Of a DNA stretch of 52,224 nucleotides, positions 9,276-17,881 are shown piece after piece; position 1 is the stretch's first letter, and each line of letters begins with the position of its first letter. Under the pieces are notes generated by a model that saw only the letters and a list, made by a program, of their open reading frames with translations, did not search any database and was not told the DNA's origin. A program made the translations under genes and the position numbers. The DNA is taken from positions 1 through 52,224 of the IMG/VR virus record IMGVR_UViG_3300032242_000862; one strand, 5' to 3'. This DNA comes from a virus (Duplodnaviria; Caudoviricetes).

Positions 9276-10670
9276 ATGAGTGATCCAACAGAAGCCCAAA
9301 TTGAAGCTGAAATCAATCGAAGACTTGCCGAGGAATCAAAGCAAGGTGATGCAGAAGCAATGCCTGCGATAGATTACAAGTCAACTCAGGCAAAGTTACT
9401 TGAAGCTGAAAAAGCATTGCGTGATGCAGAGCAACAAAACAAGTCTGCTATACCCGGTGTAGACATTGCAAAAAGCATTTACAACGATTTGCCTCAAGAT
9501 ATACAGCCATATGCCCTTGGAACTGCTGGTTATCTTGGCGGTAAAGTCTTGCGTTCTGCATTGCCACAAGAAAAAGTGATGGGGACAAATGAATTTATCA
9601 ATGAGCAAAACAAACGGGAAGCATTGCTGCAAAGCAAAGAACCTGCACACCGGGCCTATGTTGAGGCCAACAACACTGCATTTGAAACTCAAGAAAATCA
9701 TCAAGCCAGAGCAAACATGTTGGCTCAACAACATGCATTGGCGCAACAGCAACATGAAGCAGCACTTGAAGAGCTACGACGTGCTCAAATGCAGCATGCC
9801 CATGCTCAGACATTGAGTGTTGACGAAGAAATGGCACGCAGAGCCCCTGCAATGGGCATTACAGGCCCTTCTGCATTACCAGCGCGGCTTACCCCTCAAC
9901 CAATTGGTGGAGAGGGCACAGCCTCGTATGCAATGAAATTTGGTGCCACGCCTGAAGAAGCTGCACGTGTTGCCAGCATGTCCAACATGCAACAGCAGAA
10001 CATCCCCGCGCAGGCTCAGGCATGGCAAAAAATCAATCAGATTGCACCGGGTTTCCAACAAGTGTCTGAGTCACCAATTTTGCTTGGTCCTGAAGGCCAA
10101 AAGTCTGTTGCTGAACGAGTTGGCAACATGACTGCAGAAGAGCGTCACAGGATTGATCTTGAGGCGCAACACAAAAAGCATTTGGCTGAACAATTGGCTA
10201 AACACAAGGCAACAGTTCAATTTGAATTAGACAGAGCACAAAAAGAAGCAAGCGCAAGAGCACAAGCTGCTGCTGATGCATTGAAGGCTCACCACAAGCA
10301 TGTGAACATTCCAGCCGTCACGCCTGAGCAATTGGCCAAGAGAGACACATCGCAACATGAGTACGCTGACATTTTGAAGCGTATTGAACAAACCAACCCA
10401 AGCATGTTGGCAAGACTTGGTCGTGTGGCTGGTCGGTTTGTGCCCGGCGCAGGTGCTGCATTTGCACCGATTGAGGCGTCAGCAGCCAAAAAGGCTTTTG
10501 ATGAGCAACAGTATCTTCGGGCTGCAACTCATGGCCTTGGTGCTTTGGGCGGTGTTTTGCAGTCAACAGCCATCCCACCGCTTGTTGGTGCTGGTGACTT
10601 GATGCAGATCCCGGCTGCTGGCCTGTCAATCTATGACTTGGCTAACGCAAAAAAATCAGGTCAACAATAA
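9276..10670 (+). CDS. Probable ejection protein (464 aa, coiled coil, hydrophobic C-terminus)
   Basis: AAGGAG RBS; last gene before the terminator; Gly/Ala-rich C-terminal hydrophobic helices. Confidence 0.6.
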   Translation: MSDPTEAQIEAEINRRLAEESKQGDAEAMPAIDYKSTQAKLLEAEKALRDAEQQNKSAIPGVDIAKSIYNDLPQDIQPYALGTAGYLGGKVLRSALPQEKVMGTNEFINEQNKREALLQSKEPAHRAYVEANNTAFETQENHQARANMLAQQHALAQQQHEAALEELRRAQMQHAHAQTLSVDEEMARRAPAMGITGPSALPARLTPQPIGGEGTASYAMKFGATPEEAARVASMSNMQQQNIPAQAQAWQKINQIAPGFQQVSESPILLGPEGQKSVAERVGNMTAEERHRIDLEAQHKKHLAEQLAKHKATVQFELDRAQKEASARAQAAADALKAHHKHVNIPAVTPEQLAKRDTSQHEYADILKRIEQTNPSMLARLGRVAGRFVPGAGAAFAPIEASAAKKAFDEQQYLRAATHGLGALGGVLQSTAIPPLVGAGDLMQIPAAGLSIYDLANAKKSGQQ

Positions 10671-10731
10671 TTGCGCCAATGAACCAGATCACTATGGACA
10701 TTCCCAATCCGGGGTATTTAAAGTATTTCAT
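10642..10731 (-). CDS. Putative 29-aa single-pass membrane peptide (MKYFKYPGLGMSIVIWFIGAIIVDLIFLR)
   Basis: Translated by hand (below the ORF-track cutoff); AGAGGA RBS a few nt upstream; overlaps the 3' end of the convergent gene. Confidence 0.45.
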   Translation of the reverse strand: MKYFKYPGLGMSIVIWFIGAIIVDLIFLR

Positions 10732-10789
10732 GGTGTTCCTCTGATCACGTCGGCTGTCTCCCCGCCGTGAGGGCTGCAGTTGCCCTTTC

Positions 10790-10819
10790 AACCCCCACTG
10801 TAACGGTGGGGGTTTTTTT
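10790..10819 (+). terminator. Rho-independent terminator of the structural operon
   Basis: AACCCCCACTG-TAA-CGGTGGGGG stem followed by T7, located between convergent operons. Confidence 0.85.
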
Positions 10820-10820
10820 G

Positions 10821-11039
10821 TTACAGACTGCCTCGTTTCTCCTGCAACTTGTCGGCCACAAGATGGTTCAGGCTACGGACAAAGTCCACGCATTCAGCAC
10901 GCTCTGCCTTGGCGATTTTGGGGGTGGCGGCTGCAATGAAAGCGTTTGCCAGTTTCACCAGATCGTCCTCAAGAAAGTTGTAGTCCTCCTCGAGCATGGT
11001 GTTGATGAATGTGTCTTTGATTTCGGTTTTCGTTAGCAT
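10821..11039 (-). CDS. Hypothetical protein (72 aa)
   Basis: ORF with a GGAG RBS before the ATG at 11039. Confidence 0.7.
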   Translation of the reverse strand: MLTKTEIKDTFINTMLEEDYNFLEDDLVKLANAFIAAATPKIAKAERAECVDFVRSLNHLVADKLQEKRGSL

Positions 11040-11040
11040 G

Positions 11041-11829
11041 TCAAACTCCAAATGAATTTTTCAGTTTCCAATAGGTCAATAGGCACTGGAACATCTCCCA
11101 GCCCTTGACCAGTTCTTCTTCGGGCCACTCGATGACCTTCACAAGGCCGGGGTGGGTGCGTGAGCAGAACACGTTTGCACAGCGTGCATGGGGCAATCCA
11201 AGCCCATGACGGTACGCTGCCAATTGCAGCAGGTTCTCGTCGTAAGCCTCCACCTTGTCGTCGGGACCGAAGTCCTTTGTCTTGGCGTCCAAAACGATCC
11301 CCACGGGCGCAGCCTCGTCAGCCTCGCAATACAGGTCGACCTTACCGCCGTACCCCATGGGGCTGGCAAAGGACCGCTCTGTGAGCCACGGCTGAAACGG
11401 ATGGGTTTTGAAGTGATCAAAGATTGACTCTTCAAACGCCTGAGCGATGTCTTGGTGCTCCACAGGGCGCACACCAGCAAACCATCCCTCGATGGACTCG
11501 TGGATGCGTGTGCCCTTCTCAGCGGCCTGTTTGCCCGTTTCCTTGGAGTCGGCCACGATCCGTGCGATGTAAGCCTTCTCGGGCTCGTCAGGGGCCTTGG
11601 GAAGGGTCATAGCGGCCAAGAGCATCTGCTCCAGCTTCCACTGCTCTAAACCGGGCTTTGCAGCGACTTTCAGGACGGTGGTGACCGAGGGCACCAGATC
11701 CATCTTTCGTGCGTCCCTGAGCGTTGTAGGGCGGTCTGAGCCGTCCTTTGCAGGCACGGTGTACTGTGGCCCACCGTCCTGACGGTACCAGTGGACGTTC
11801 TCAGCAGATCGGGCAATGATGGTGGTCAT
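11041..11829 (-). CDS. PD-(D/E)XK exonuclease (RecB/Cas4-like phage recombination nuclease)
   Basis: PSVTT, GTRIH, E..., GKVD, VLDAKT and QLAAY motifs. Confidence 0.85.
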   Translation of the reverse strand: MTTIIARSAENVHWYRQDGGPQYTVPAKDGSDRPTTLRDARKMDLVPSVTTVLKVAAKPGLEQWKLEQMLLAAMTLPKAPDEPEKAYIARIVADSKETGKQAAEKGTRIHESIEGWFAGVRPVEHQDIAQAFEESIFDHFKTHPFQPWLTERSFASPMGYGGKVDLYCEADEAAPVGIVLDAKTKDFGPDDKVEAYDENLLQLAAYRHGLGLPHARCANVFCSRTHPGLVKVIEWPEEELVKGWEMFQCLLTYWKLKNSFGV

Positions 11830-12077
11830 GCCTGCACCTTTGCGGCTTCTTTTCGGGCCTTCACTTTTGCCTTGTAGGCTCGGTTGTATTCACGCTGGCG
11901 CTCTTTCTGATGTGCCAACTTCTTGGCCCTGATCTCCAAATCAATTTTGTCTTTTTTGGTCAGTTCGTTTGAAGTTGCTTCCAAAACCCTGAGCCGTTCG
12001 GTCATGCCCTTTACGATCTCTTCCAACAAATGCAAGCGTGCAGAGATTCTGCTTTTTTCCAAATTTGAGATAAACAT
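11826..12077 (-). CDS. Hypothetical basic coiled-coil protein (83 aa)
   Basis: AAGGA RBS; overlaps the next start (ATGA). Confidence 0.65.
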   Translation of the reverse strand: MFISNLEKSRISARLHLLEEIVKGMTERLRVLEATSNELTKKDKIDLEIRAKKLAHQKERQREYNRAYKAKVKARKEAAKVQA

Positions 12078-12086
12078 ACGAGTCCT

Positions 12087-12254
12087 TTAAAAAATGCCAA
12101 GCCAAATGCCCGTGCCGTGAATCCATGCGATGGGGAAAACAATGGCCCCCGCGATAAGAAAGCCCCATGTGCCTGACTGCAGGCAGACCACGATGTGGGT
12201 CATCCATGCAGACACAATCCAGCCAATGATGATGATGGGAAAAAAATCTTCCAT
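12087..12254 (-). CDS. 55-aa two-TM membrane protein (MEDFFPIIIIGWIVSAWMTHIVVCLQSGTWGFLIAGAIVFPIAWIHGTGIWLGIF)
   Basis: Translated by hand; GAGGAG RBS; fills the gap between neighbouring genes. Confidence 0.7.
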   Translation of the reverse strand: MEDFFPIIIIGWIVSAWMTHIVVCLQSGTWGFLIAGAIVFPIAWIHGTGIWLGIF

Positions 12255-12264
12255 GATGTGCTCC

Positions 12265-12906
12265 TCAGAAGGGAATGTCGTCGTCTTCAGAGAAAGACGG
12301 GGTTTCCATCACAGCCTTGGGTGTTGGCTTGCTCTGCAGTTTTTCCCACTCGGGTGACGACATGATTTTTTTCTTCAGGTGGTCGCTGAAACCGTTGAAC
12401 ATCTCCATGTCAGGATCTGTCAGATTGAAGATCTCGTTCTTGTTGATCGCGGCAGGCATGCCGTTTTGCTTGATCATTGCAGGCACTGGGGACACGCCAG
12501 CCACGTTTGTGTAGCTCTTGCCGTCTTGACCAGCACGCTCGATGATGTTGAGCATGCAGAACGCACCCAGCACAGTCTTGAGGTCGAATCGGCGCATCTC
12601 CTCTTGGGTGAACGCCTTACCACGCCATGACTGCAGATCGAGCCGCAGGTTGGCTTTTTCGGACCAACTGAGTGTGTAGTTCTTGAAGATGGCAAACGGA
12701 CGGCCATCCTTCATCTTGATCGGCTGGCCTTGATCGTCAACACCGTGGATTTCCCAACCCAACATGATCTTGTGCAGATACTTGACCTGACCCATGTACT
12801 CGGACTTCTGGGTGCCCAGATCAACGATACGGTAGCACCGACCAAGGTGCATACCCTCTGGGCAGCGCTCAAAACTGCCGCCTGTGTCTTCTACAATGAA
12901 ACTCAT
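12265..12906 (-). CDS. Single-stranded DNA-binding / replication protein (213 aa)
   Basis: C-terminal EDDDIPF SSB tail; RCYRIVDLGTQ and YTLSWSEKANLR motifs; AGGAG RBS supports the ATG at 12906. Confidence 0.7.
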   Translation of the reverse strand: MSFIVEDTGGSFERCPEGMHLGRCYRIVDLGTQKSEYMGQVKYLHKIMLGWEIHGVDDQGQPIKMKDGRPFAIFKNYTLSWSEKANLRLDLQSWRGKAFTQEEMRRFDLKTVLGAFCMLNIIERAGQDGKSYTNVAGVSPVPAMIKQNGMPAAINKNEIFNLTDPDMEMFNGFSDHLKKKIMSSPEWEKLQSKPTPKAVMETPSFSEDDDIPF

Positions 12907-12963
12907 AGTTACTCCTGATAAACGTCCAACTGGACACACTCCGGTCAATCCGACCGTAGGAGA

Positions 12964-12995
12964 ACTATAACACAAAATTAGATATGTGGTAACAT
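12964..12995. promoter_or_regulatory. Divergent promoters with a 17-bp operator-like box
   Basis: Minus strand reads TCTAATTTTGTGTTATAGT (extended -10 TGnTATAGT); plus strand has TGGTAACAT (extended -10) upstream of the cro-like gene. Confidence 0.6.
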
Positions 12996-13016
12996 CACAA
13001 TCGGAAAGGAGAAAAG

Positions 13017-13217
13017 ATGGACCTAAAACAATATTTCAAAGATGAACCGTATGGTGCAAAAAAGGAGATGGCAGACTACTTGGGGATCACCCAAACATGG
13101 CTTGGACTGTTGATGCGAAAAGCCAAGAGGCCGTCACCCGAACTGGCCAAGAAAATTGAGAAGGCCACGCAAGGCCTCGTGACTGCAAAAGAACTGCGAC
13201 CCGATATTTTTAACTGA
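13017..13217 (+). CDS. Cro/YdaS-like HTH regulator (66 aa)
   Basis: KKEMADYLGITQTWL HTH, PSPELAKKIEKAT and C-terminal ELRPDIF, typical of Cro/YdaS-like proteins; first gene of the divergent operon. Confidence 0.85.
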   Translation: MDLKQYFKDEPYGAKKEMADYLGITQTWLGLLMRKAKRPSPELAKKIEKATQGLVTAKELRPDIFN

Positions 13218-13246
13218 CCCGATTTTGGGTTTTTATAGGAGATGAA

Positions 13247-14062
13247 ATGAGAAATGTAAAACTGAACGACATCAGGATCGACGGCGGCACCCAATGCCGT
13301 GTTGAGATCGACCAAGCGCTGATCTATCACTACGTAGATTGCATGAAAAAAGGAGACGTGTTTCCATTGATGGAGACTACATTTGATGGATCAACATATT
13401 GGTTAAACGAAGGCTTTCACCGTTATCACGCTTACAAATTGTTGGGTCTCAAAACCGTTGAAATTTTTTACAAGCCGGGCACCCTACAAGATGCAATCCT
13501 TGCGGCTTTGAAAGCAAACAGCAAGCACGGCAAAAACTTGACCATCGCTGACAAAGAAAACAAGGTCAAGATGGCTTTGGCCATCGAGGGCTACGACCAA
13601 AAGTCGGACTACGAAATTGCCAAGATCTGTGACTTGTCGCAGTCATTCGTGGCTGGTGTTCGCAGCCCTGAAAAGAAGGAAAAACAGCGTCAAGCCAAAG
13701 AGAAAAACATCCAGAAACAGGCCGAAAAGCTCAAGGCCGAGAAGCAGGCAAATACTAGTCAGACTAGTAGTGAAAATACAACACCAAGGGAAAACACTGA
13801 TAAAAATGTAGGTTTTGAGCCGTCCAAAGAAGAGTTGGCAGCGAACGAACTGGCCATGCAGGCTGACATGGAGATGCTTTACAAACTGCTGGAAACCGAC
13901 GAGCCACTGAAGTTGGCGCATGAAGAGATAACTCGTTTGAATCTGCGTGTGGCGCAACTTGAGACACGGTTGTCTTCATTGATGACTGAGAAAAACGAAG
14001 CAGTCAAAGATGCCAAACGTGCGCAAGCACAACTGGACAAAATCAAGAAAGCCAAAAAATGA
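13247..14062 (+). CDS. ParB/Srx-domain protein with HTH and C-terminal coiled coil (271 aa)
   Basis: GFHRYHA fits the ParB GxxRxxA motif; N..HG; HTH-like SDYEIAKICDLSQSFVAGVR; C-terminal heptads. Confidence 0.8.
   Translation: MRNVKLNDIRIDGGTQCRVEIDQALIYHYVDCMKKGDVFPLMETTFDGSTYWLNEGFHRYHAYKLLGLKTVEIFYKPGTLQDAILAALKANSKHGKNLTIADKENKVKMALAIEGYDQKSDYEIAKICDLSQSFVAGVRSPEKKEKQRQAKEKNIQKQAEKLKAEKQANTSQTSSENTTPRENTDKNVGFEPSKEELAANELAMQADMEMLYKLLETDEPLKLAHEEITRLNLRVAQLETRLSSLMTEKNEAVKDAKRAQAQLDKIKKAKK
13753..13769. repeat. 17-bp perfect palindrome TACTAGTCAGACTAGTA, copy 1 (inside the parB-like gene)
   Basis: 8-1-8 inverted repeat; recurs at 26557 and 34177. Confidence 0.9.
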
Positions 14063-15582
14063 ACAAAGACCTAGCGCCAAGTGAGCGTGATGATGGATTC
14101 CCTGCCCCACGACCTTTTCAAATTACCGCTCACAATTCCCTTCGCCAAGGGTTTCGTGACGGCCACAAGAACCAACTGATCATGGCCCCCACGGGGGCTG
14201 GGAAGACTTACCTTGGCCTGCGCATCTGCCGCGAGGCCATGCAAAAGGGCAAGCGTGCGGTGTTTCTGTGTGACCGCACCACTTTGATCAACCAGACCTC
14301 TGAAGCTGCCGACGGTTATGGCTTGAACAATCATGGTGTGATCCAAGCCAATCATCAGCGACGCAGGCCAGATGAGTTGCTGCAGATTGCATCGGCCCAA
14401 ACCATAGCCAAACGTGGCTACTGGCCCAAGCTCGACGTTCTTGTGGTCGACGAAGCCCACACACAGATGAAGGTATGGACTGAATACGCAATGAACAGTG
14501 GTGCGGCTGTAATTGGTTTATCAGCTACGCCATTCAGCGTTGGCCTTGGCAAGATCTTCAGCAACCTGATCAACGCCACCACCATGCACGATTTGACTCA
14601 GTCAGGCGTGTTGGTGCCCATGCGGATCTTTTCTTGTACCAAGCCCGACATGCGCGGAGCCGCTACCTCTGGTGGTGAGTGGACAGAAAAGGCCGCAGAA
14701 GAGCGTGGCTTGGAAATCATTGGTGACGTTGTCAATGAGTGGTTGAAATTCGGCGACAACCGCAAAACCATTGTCTTCGGAGCCACCATCAAGCATTGCG
14801 AGGAAATCGCCAAGCAGTTCATCAATCAAGGCGTGATGGCCGCTGTGTTTACCTCCGAAACCACTCCCAAAGAACGTCAGAACCTATTGGACGAGTACCG
14901 CAAACCCAATGGATACTTGAAGGTCCTGATCAGTGTCGAGGCCCTTGCCAAGGGCTTTGATGTGCCTGACGTGGGCTGTATCTGCGATGCACGGCCACTG
15001 CGCAAGTCATTGAGCACGGCCATCCAGATGTGGGGGCGTGGCCTACGGTCGTCGCCTGACACGGGTAAAAAAGATTGTTACCTGCTGGACTTCAGCGGCA
15101 ACATCGTTCGGTTTGCAGAGGACTTCACTGAGGTGTTTTTCAACGGCCTTGACTCGCTGGATGCGGGGGACAAGCTGGACAAAAACATTCGCAAGGATGA
15201 AGACTACGAAGTGCGTGGATGCCCTAAATGTGGGTTCAAGCCATTTGTGAAGCGATGCATGGCTTGTGGTCACGAAAAGATGGCTGCGCCCCGTGTTGAG
15301 GCATTGCCCGGCCACATGCAGGAGATCTTTATTGGTGAGGGCAAAAATAAGAAGAAGCTGGCCGACAACTCTGAGCACCTGTGGCATCAGTTGGTCACCT
15401 ACGCTCGGATTCACTCCAAGCCTGAGACCCAGCAGGGCCGGGCGTATCACCTGTTCAAGAAGATCACGGGCCAAGACCCAATGTGGCGATTCACCACCGC
15501 ACCCACTGTTGAGATTAACCGCGCAGTTTTGGGCAAAATCACACAGATGAACATGGCTTGGAAGAAGGGGACACAGCGATGA
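14059..15582 (+). CDS. SF2 DEAH-box helicase with Zn ribbon
   Basis: APTGAGKT, DEAH, SAT, GFDVP and QMWGRGLR motifs plus CPKC...CMAC. Confidence 0.93.
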   Translation: MNKDLAPSERDDGFPAPRPFQITAHNSLRQGFRDGHKNQLIMAPTGAGKTYLGLRICREAMQKGKRAVFLCDRTTLINQTSEAADGYGLNNHGVIQANHQRRRPDELLQIASAQTIAKRGYWPKLDVLVVDEAHTQMKVWTEYAMNSGAAVIGLSATPFSVGLGKIFSNLINATTMHDLTQSGVLVPMRIFSCTKPDMRGAATSGGEWTEKAAEERGLEIIGDVVNEWLKFGDNRKTIVFGATIKHCEEIAKQFINQGVMAAVFTSETTPKERQNLLDEYRKPNGYLKVLISVEALAKGFDVPDVGCICDARPLRKSLSTAIQMWGRGLRSSPDTGKKDCYLLDFSGNIVRFAEDFTEVFFNGLDSLDAGDKLDKNIRKDEDYEVRGCPKCGFKPFVKRCMACGHEKMAAPRVEALPGHMQEIFIGEGKNKKKLADNSEHLWHQLVTYARIHSKPETQQGRAYHLFKKITGQDPMWRFTTAPTVEINRAVLGKITQMNMAWKKGTQR

Positions 15583-16454
15583 ACTTCATTGACTTTGCAA
15601 GGGTCCATGGTGTGGCCATCGATCCCAACCGCCTGTATGCGTCTGAACGGATCAAGCGGTGCGGTACGGTCGAGAAGCCAAACTCAGGCAACGGGGCCTA
15701 CTTCTGGGACGGTTCCCGTGGCTGGGTCATGGATTGGTCAGGAGAGGCCAGAGTCATCTGGTTTGAAGATCCCCATGCAAAACCATGGACTGACGAAGAA
15801 AAGCGTTTGTGGGCCGCAAAAAGGGCTTCTGCGGCCACTGAACAGCAACGCCAGTACGAACAGGCAGCACTGCAGGCCGACATCACCCTGCGGTCGGCAA
15901 CGCTGGACAACCATGCCTACCTCGAGATCAAAGGGTTTCCCGAGACCCGTGGGCTGGTGCTGGAGGACAAATTGTTGATCCCCATGCGCAACGTGGTGAG
16001 CAACAAGCTGCAGGGCTACCAGTTGATCTGGTGGAACATGCCAGAGCGCAAGTACGAGAAGAAAATGCTGCACGGCATGCGTGCCAAAAATGCAGTGTTG
16101 TTTTTAGGCTCTAGGGATTTACCCGAATGCTGGCTTGTGGAGGGTTTTGCAACGGGTTTGTCGGTGCGTGACGCCCTGCGCAGTGTGGGTTTGCCTGCAT
16201 CTGTGGTGGTGTGTTTCTCGGCGTCGAACCTTGCGGCAGTGGCCGATCAGATCAAAGGCAAACGGTACATTTTTGCGGACAACGACGAGTCGAAGACGGG
16301 AGAAAAGACTGCGATGCAAACTGGTTTGCCTTGGACGATGGCCGACACTGTGGGCTGGGATGCGAACGACCTGCACCTGAAGGACAGTTTATTTGCAGTG
16401 GTTGAAAAGATCATGCAATTGCGCAAGCGAGAGTTAATTTACACAGAAACTTAG
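15579..16454 (+). CDS. Toprim-domain primase-like protein
   Basis: VEGFATG, ADND and DAND Toprim motifs; YL..KG and LLIPM precede them; adjacent to the helicase. Confidence 0.85.
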   Translation: MNFIDFARVHGVAIDPNRLYASERIKRCGTVEKPNSGNGAYFWDGSRGWVMDWSGEARVIWFEDPHAKPWTDEEKRLWAAKRASAATEQQRQYEQAALQADITLRSATLDNHAYLEIKGFPETRGLVLEDKLLIPMRNVVSNKLQGYQLIWWNMPERKYEKKMLHGMRAKNAVLFLGSRDLPECWLVEGFATGLSVRDALRSVGLPASVVVCFSASNLAAVADQIKGKRYIFADNDESKTGEKTAMQTGLPWTMADTVGWDANDLHLKDSLFAVVEKIMQLRKRELIYTET

Positions 16455-16459
16455 GGGTA

Positions 16460-16489
16460 TTGACGCCCCTTGATATGTCTTGATAAAAT
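16460..16489 (+). promoter_or_regulatory. Sigma70-type promoter
   Basis: TTGACG-18 nt-TAAAAT with an extended -10 TG. Confidence 0.65.
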
Positions 16490-16495
16490 TTGCGC

Positions 16496-16610
16496 AACAC
16501 CGGGCTTGGAACATCCGGTGGTAAAGCTGTTAAGTCAGACCCTGACCCCGCATGGGGTAGTCACCCTTTTTGGGTGGTGTTCCACGGGGTCTGTCTTAAC
16601 AGCTTTTTTG
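16496..16610 (+). ncRNA. Candidate structured RNA (multi-stem, possible pseudoknot)
   Basis: Stems CACCGG/CCGGTG, AAAGCTGTTAAG/CTTAACAGCTTT, CAGACCC/GGGTCTG, ACCCC/GGGGT and CACCC/GGGTG; loop TGGAACA is complementary to TGTTCCA. Confidence 0.6.
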
Positions 16611-16856
16611 CTTTCTGTTCCCGTACTCCGCACGATAGCAAGCACCCCAGTCGTGGTGGCGCGGAAGGAAAGCGTAGCTGGTATGACTTCGGTCTAGGGG
16701 GCAGTTCCCGAATAATCCAGTCGGCTGGTCGAATCATCAAGCCGAGGGGTAGAACGTAAAACCGTTCACATGATGATCCCGTTCGCGGGGGTGAAGCACC
16801 TTCCCTCTCTACCTCTTCAGTGGGGTAGGGGGGTCTTTGGGTGAAAATTATTAAGA

Positions 16857-16882
16857 GGGGGAAAGGCCCCCCAACTTTTTTT
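16857..16882 (+). terminator. Possible intrinsic terminator
   Basis: GGGGG-AAAGG-CCCCC stem, then a T7 run after 4 nt. Confidence 0.45.
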
Positions 16883-16909
16883 GCTCAGACTCTAATTTCG
16901 TGTTATAGT
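16881..16909 (+). promoter_or_regulatory. Promoter with operator-like box
   Basis: TTGCTC-17 nt-TATAGT, containing TCTAATTTCGTGTTATA. Confidence 0.65.
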
Positions 16910-16944
16910 GTCTCCACCACAATGAGTGGGTTACAGGAGAAACG

Positions 16945-17328
16945 ATGACCACGTACACACATTGGGATGTGATGTTGGCAAGCCCGACAGATCCCCTGCC
17001 TGAGAAGAAACGCCAGTACCAAATGAACCTGATGCGCAATGCATTGGAGAACTGCAAGACCAAGCCTGAAGTGATGGACATTGCAGCCTTGGCGACCGCT
17101 GTCGACCTGATGGACACTCTGCGCGAGATGGGGCATCTGGAAGACGCTGACAACGCCTTGGAGGACGCAATGACCGCCTTGATGCATGACACCTTCAACG
17201 ACCTCGAGATACGCCTGTTTGAGGGCATCCTCGAGGACTATGAGATGGCTATGAACAACATCCCAGCACGGATCATGATCATGGCCCACCGAGCCACCGA
17301 AAAACGCATTGAAAGGATAGCAGCATGA
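16945..17328 (+). CDS. Hypothetical protein (127 aa)
   Basis: AGGAG RBS; first gene after the promoter. Confidence 0.7.
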   Translation: MTTYTHWDVMLASPTDPLPEKKRQYQMNLMRNALENCKTKPEVMDIAALATAVDLMDTLREMGHLEDADNALEDAMTALMHDTFNDLEIRLFEGILEDYEMAMNNIPARIMIMAHRATEKRIERIAA

Positions 17329-17546
17329 AACAAGAACCTAGAGCATTCCCAAGCAAATATAACGACCCAATTGATGGCGATGAAGTTGTTCATTACGGCA
17401 TGACCTTGCGCGATTACTTTGCGGCTAGAGCAATGTCTCTGTATTTTCAGGGTCCTGACGCAAATGAAATAGTTGGTCATCCCGATGCAATCGCAGAATG
17501 GTGCTACATCATGGCTGACTCTATGCTGAAAGCGAGGAATCGATGA
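17325..17546 (+). CDS. Small phage protein with GMTLRDYFAA motif
   Basis: AFP...GMTLRDYFAA...ADSML is a recurrent phage accessory protein pattern. Confidence 0.75.
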   Translation: MKQEPRAFPSKYNDPIDGDEVVHYGMTLRDYFAARAMSLYFQGPDANEIVGHPDAIAEWCYIMADSMLKARNR

Positions 17547-17881
17547 CCGAAGAACAATTGGAGAAAGCAATTGCCACGCATGCACGCAGGCGCAAGGTGT
17601 TCATGGACAACGGACTGAACGAAAGCGACGCATGGGACTTAGCCGAGCGGATGTTTACGCGAGACAAAGAGAAGCTAGACGACCGCCGAGTGTGCTTTGA
17701 ATGCGTACACCTCAAAGGCCGCGAATGCCATGGCATCACAGACCGATTCGGCAAACCCACTACACAGATGCGATTCATCCTGCAGCGGTGCCCATCATTC
17801 AAGTTGAAGGGCAAGCCATTGACAGACGAAGAGCGCAACCAAATCGATGCATCACTACAACATCAGGAGCGAGACCAATGA
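17543..17881 (+). CDS. Hypothetical Cys-cluster protein (112 aa)
   Basis: DDRRVCFECVHL...C...LQRC motif; ATGA coupling. Confidence 0.7.
   Translation: MTEEQLEKAIATHARRRKVFMDNGLNESDAWDLAERMFTRDKEKLDDRRVCFECVHLKGRECHGITDRFGKPTTQMRFILQRCPSFKLKGKPLTDEERNQIDASLQHQERDQ

Noticed and set aside
11041-11829. Cas4-like nuclease as part of a CRISPR system
   Set aside because: No repeat-spacer array or other cas genes; the context next to an SSB-like gene indicates a recombination exonuclease.
13017-14062. Lysogeny module or complete plasmid-prophage partition system
   Set aside because: No integrase, CI-like repressor, ParA or Rep protein was recognised, so a temperate lifestyle is unsupported, though not excluded.
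16470-16759. Short ORFs (75 and 89 aa) in the region after the primase gene
   Set aside because: TTG starts without an RBS that overlap a promoter and extensive base-paired structure; a non-coding reading fits better.
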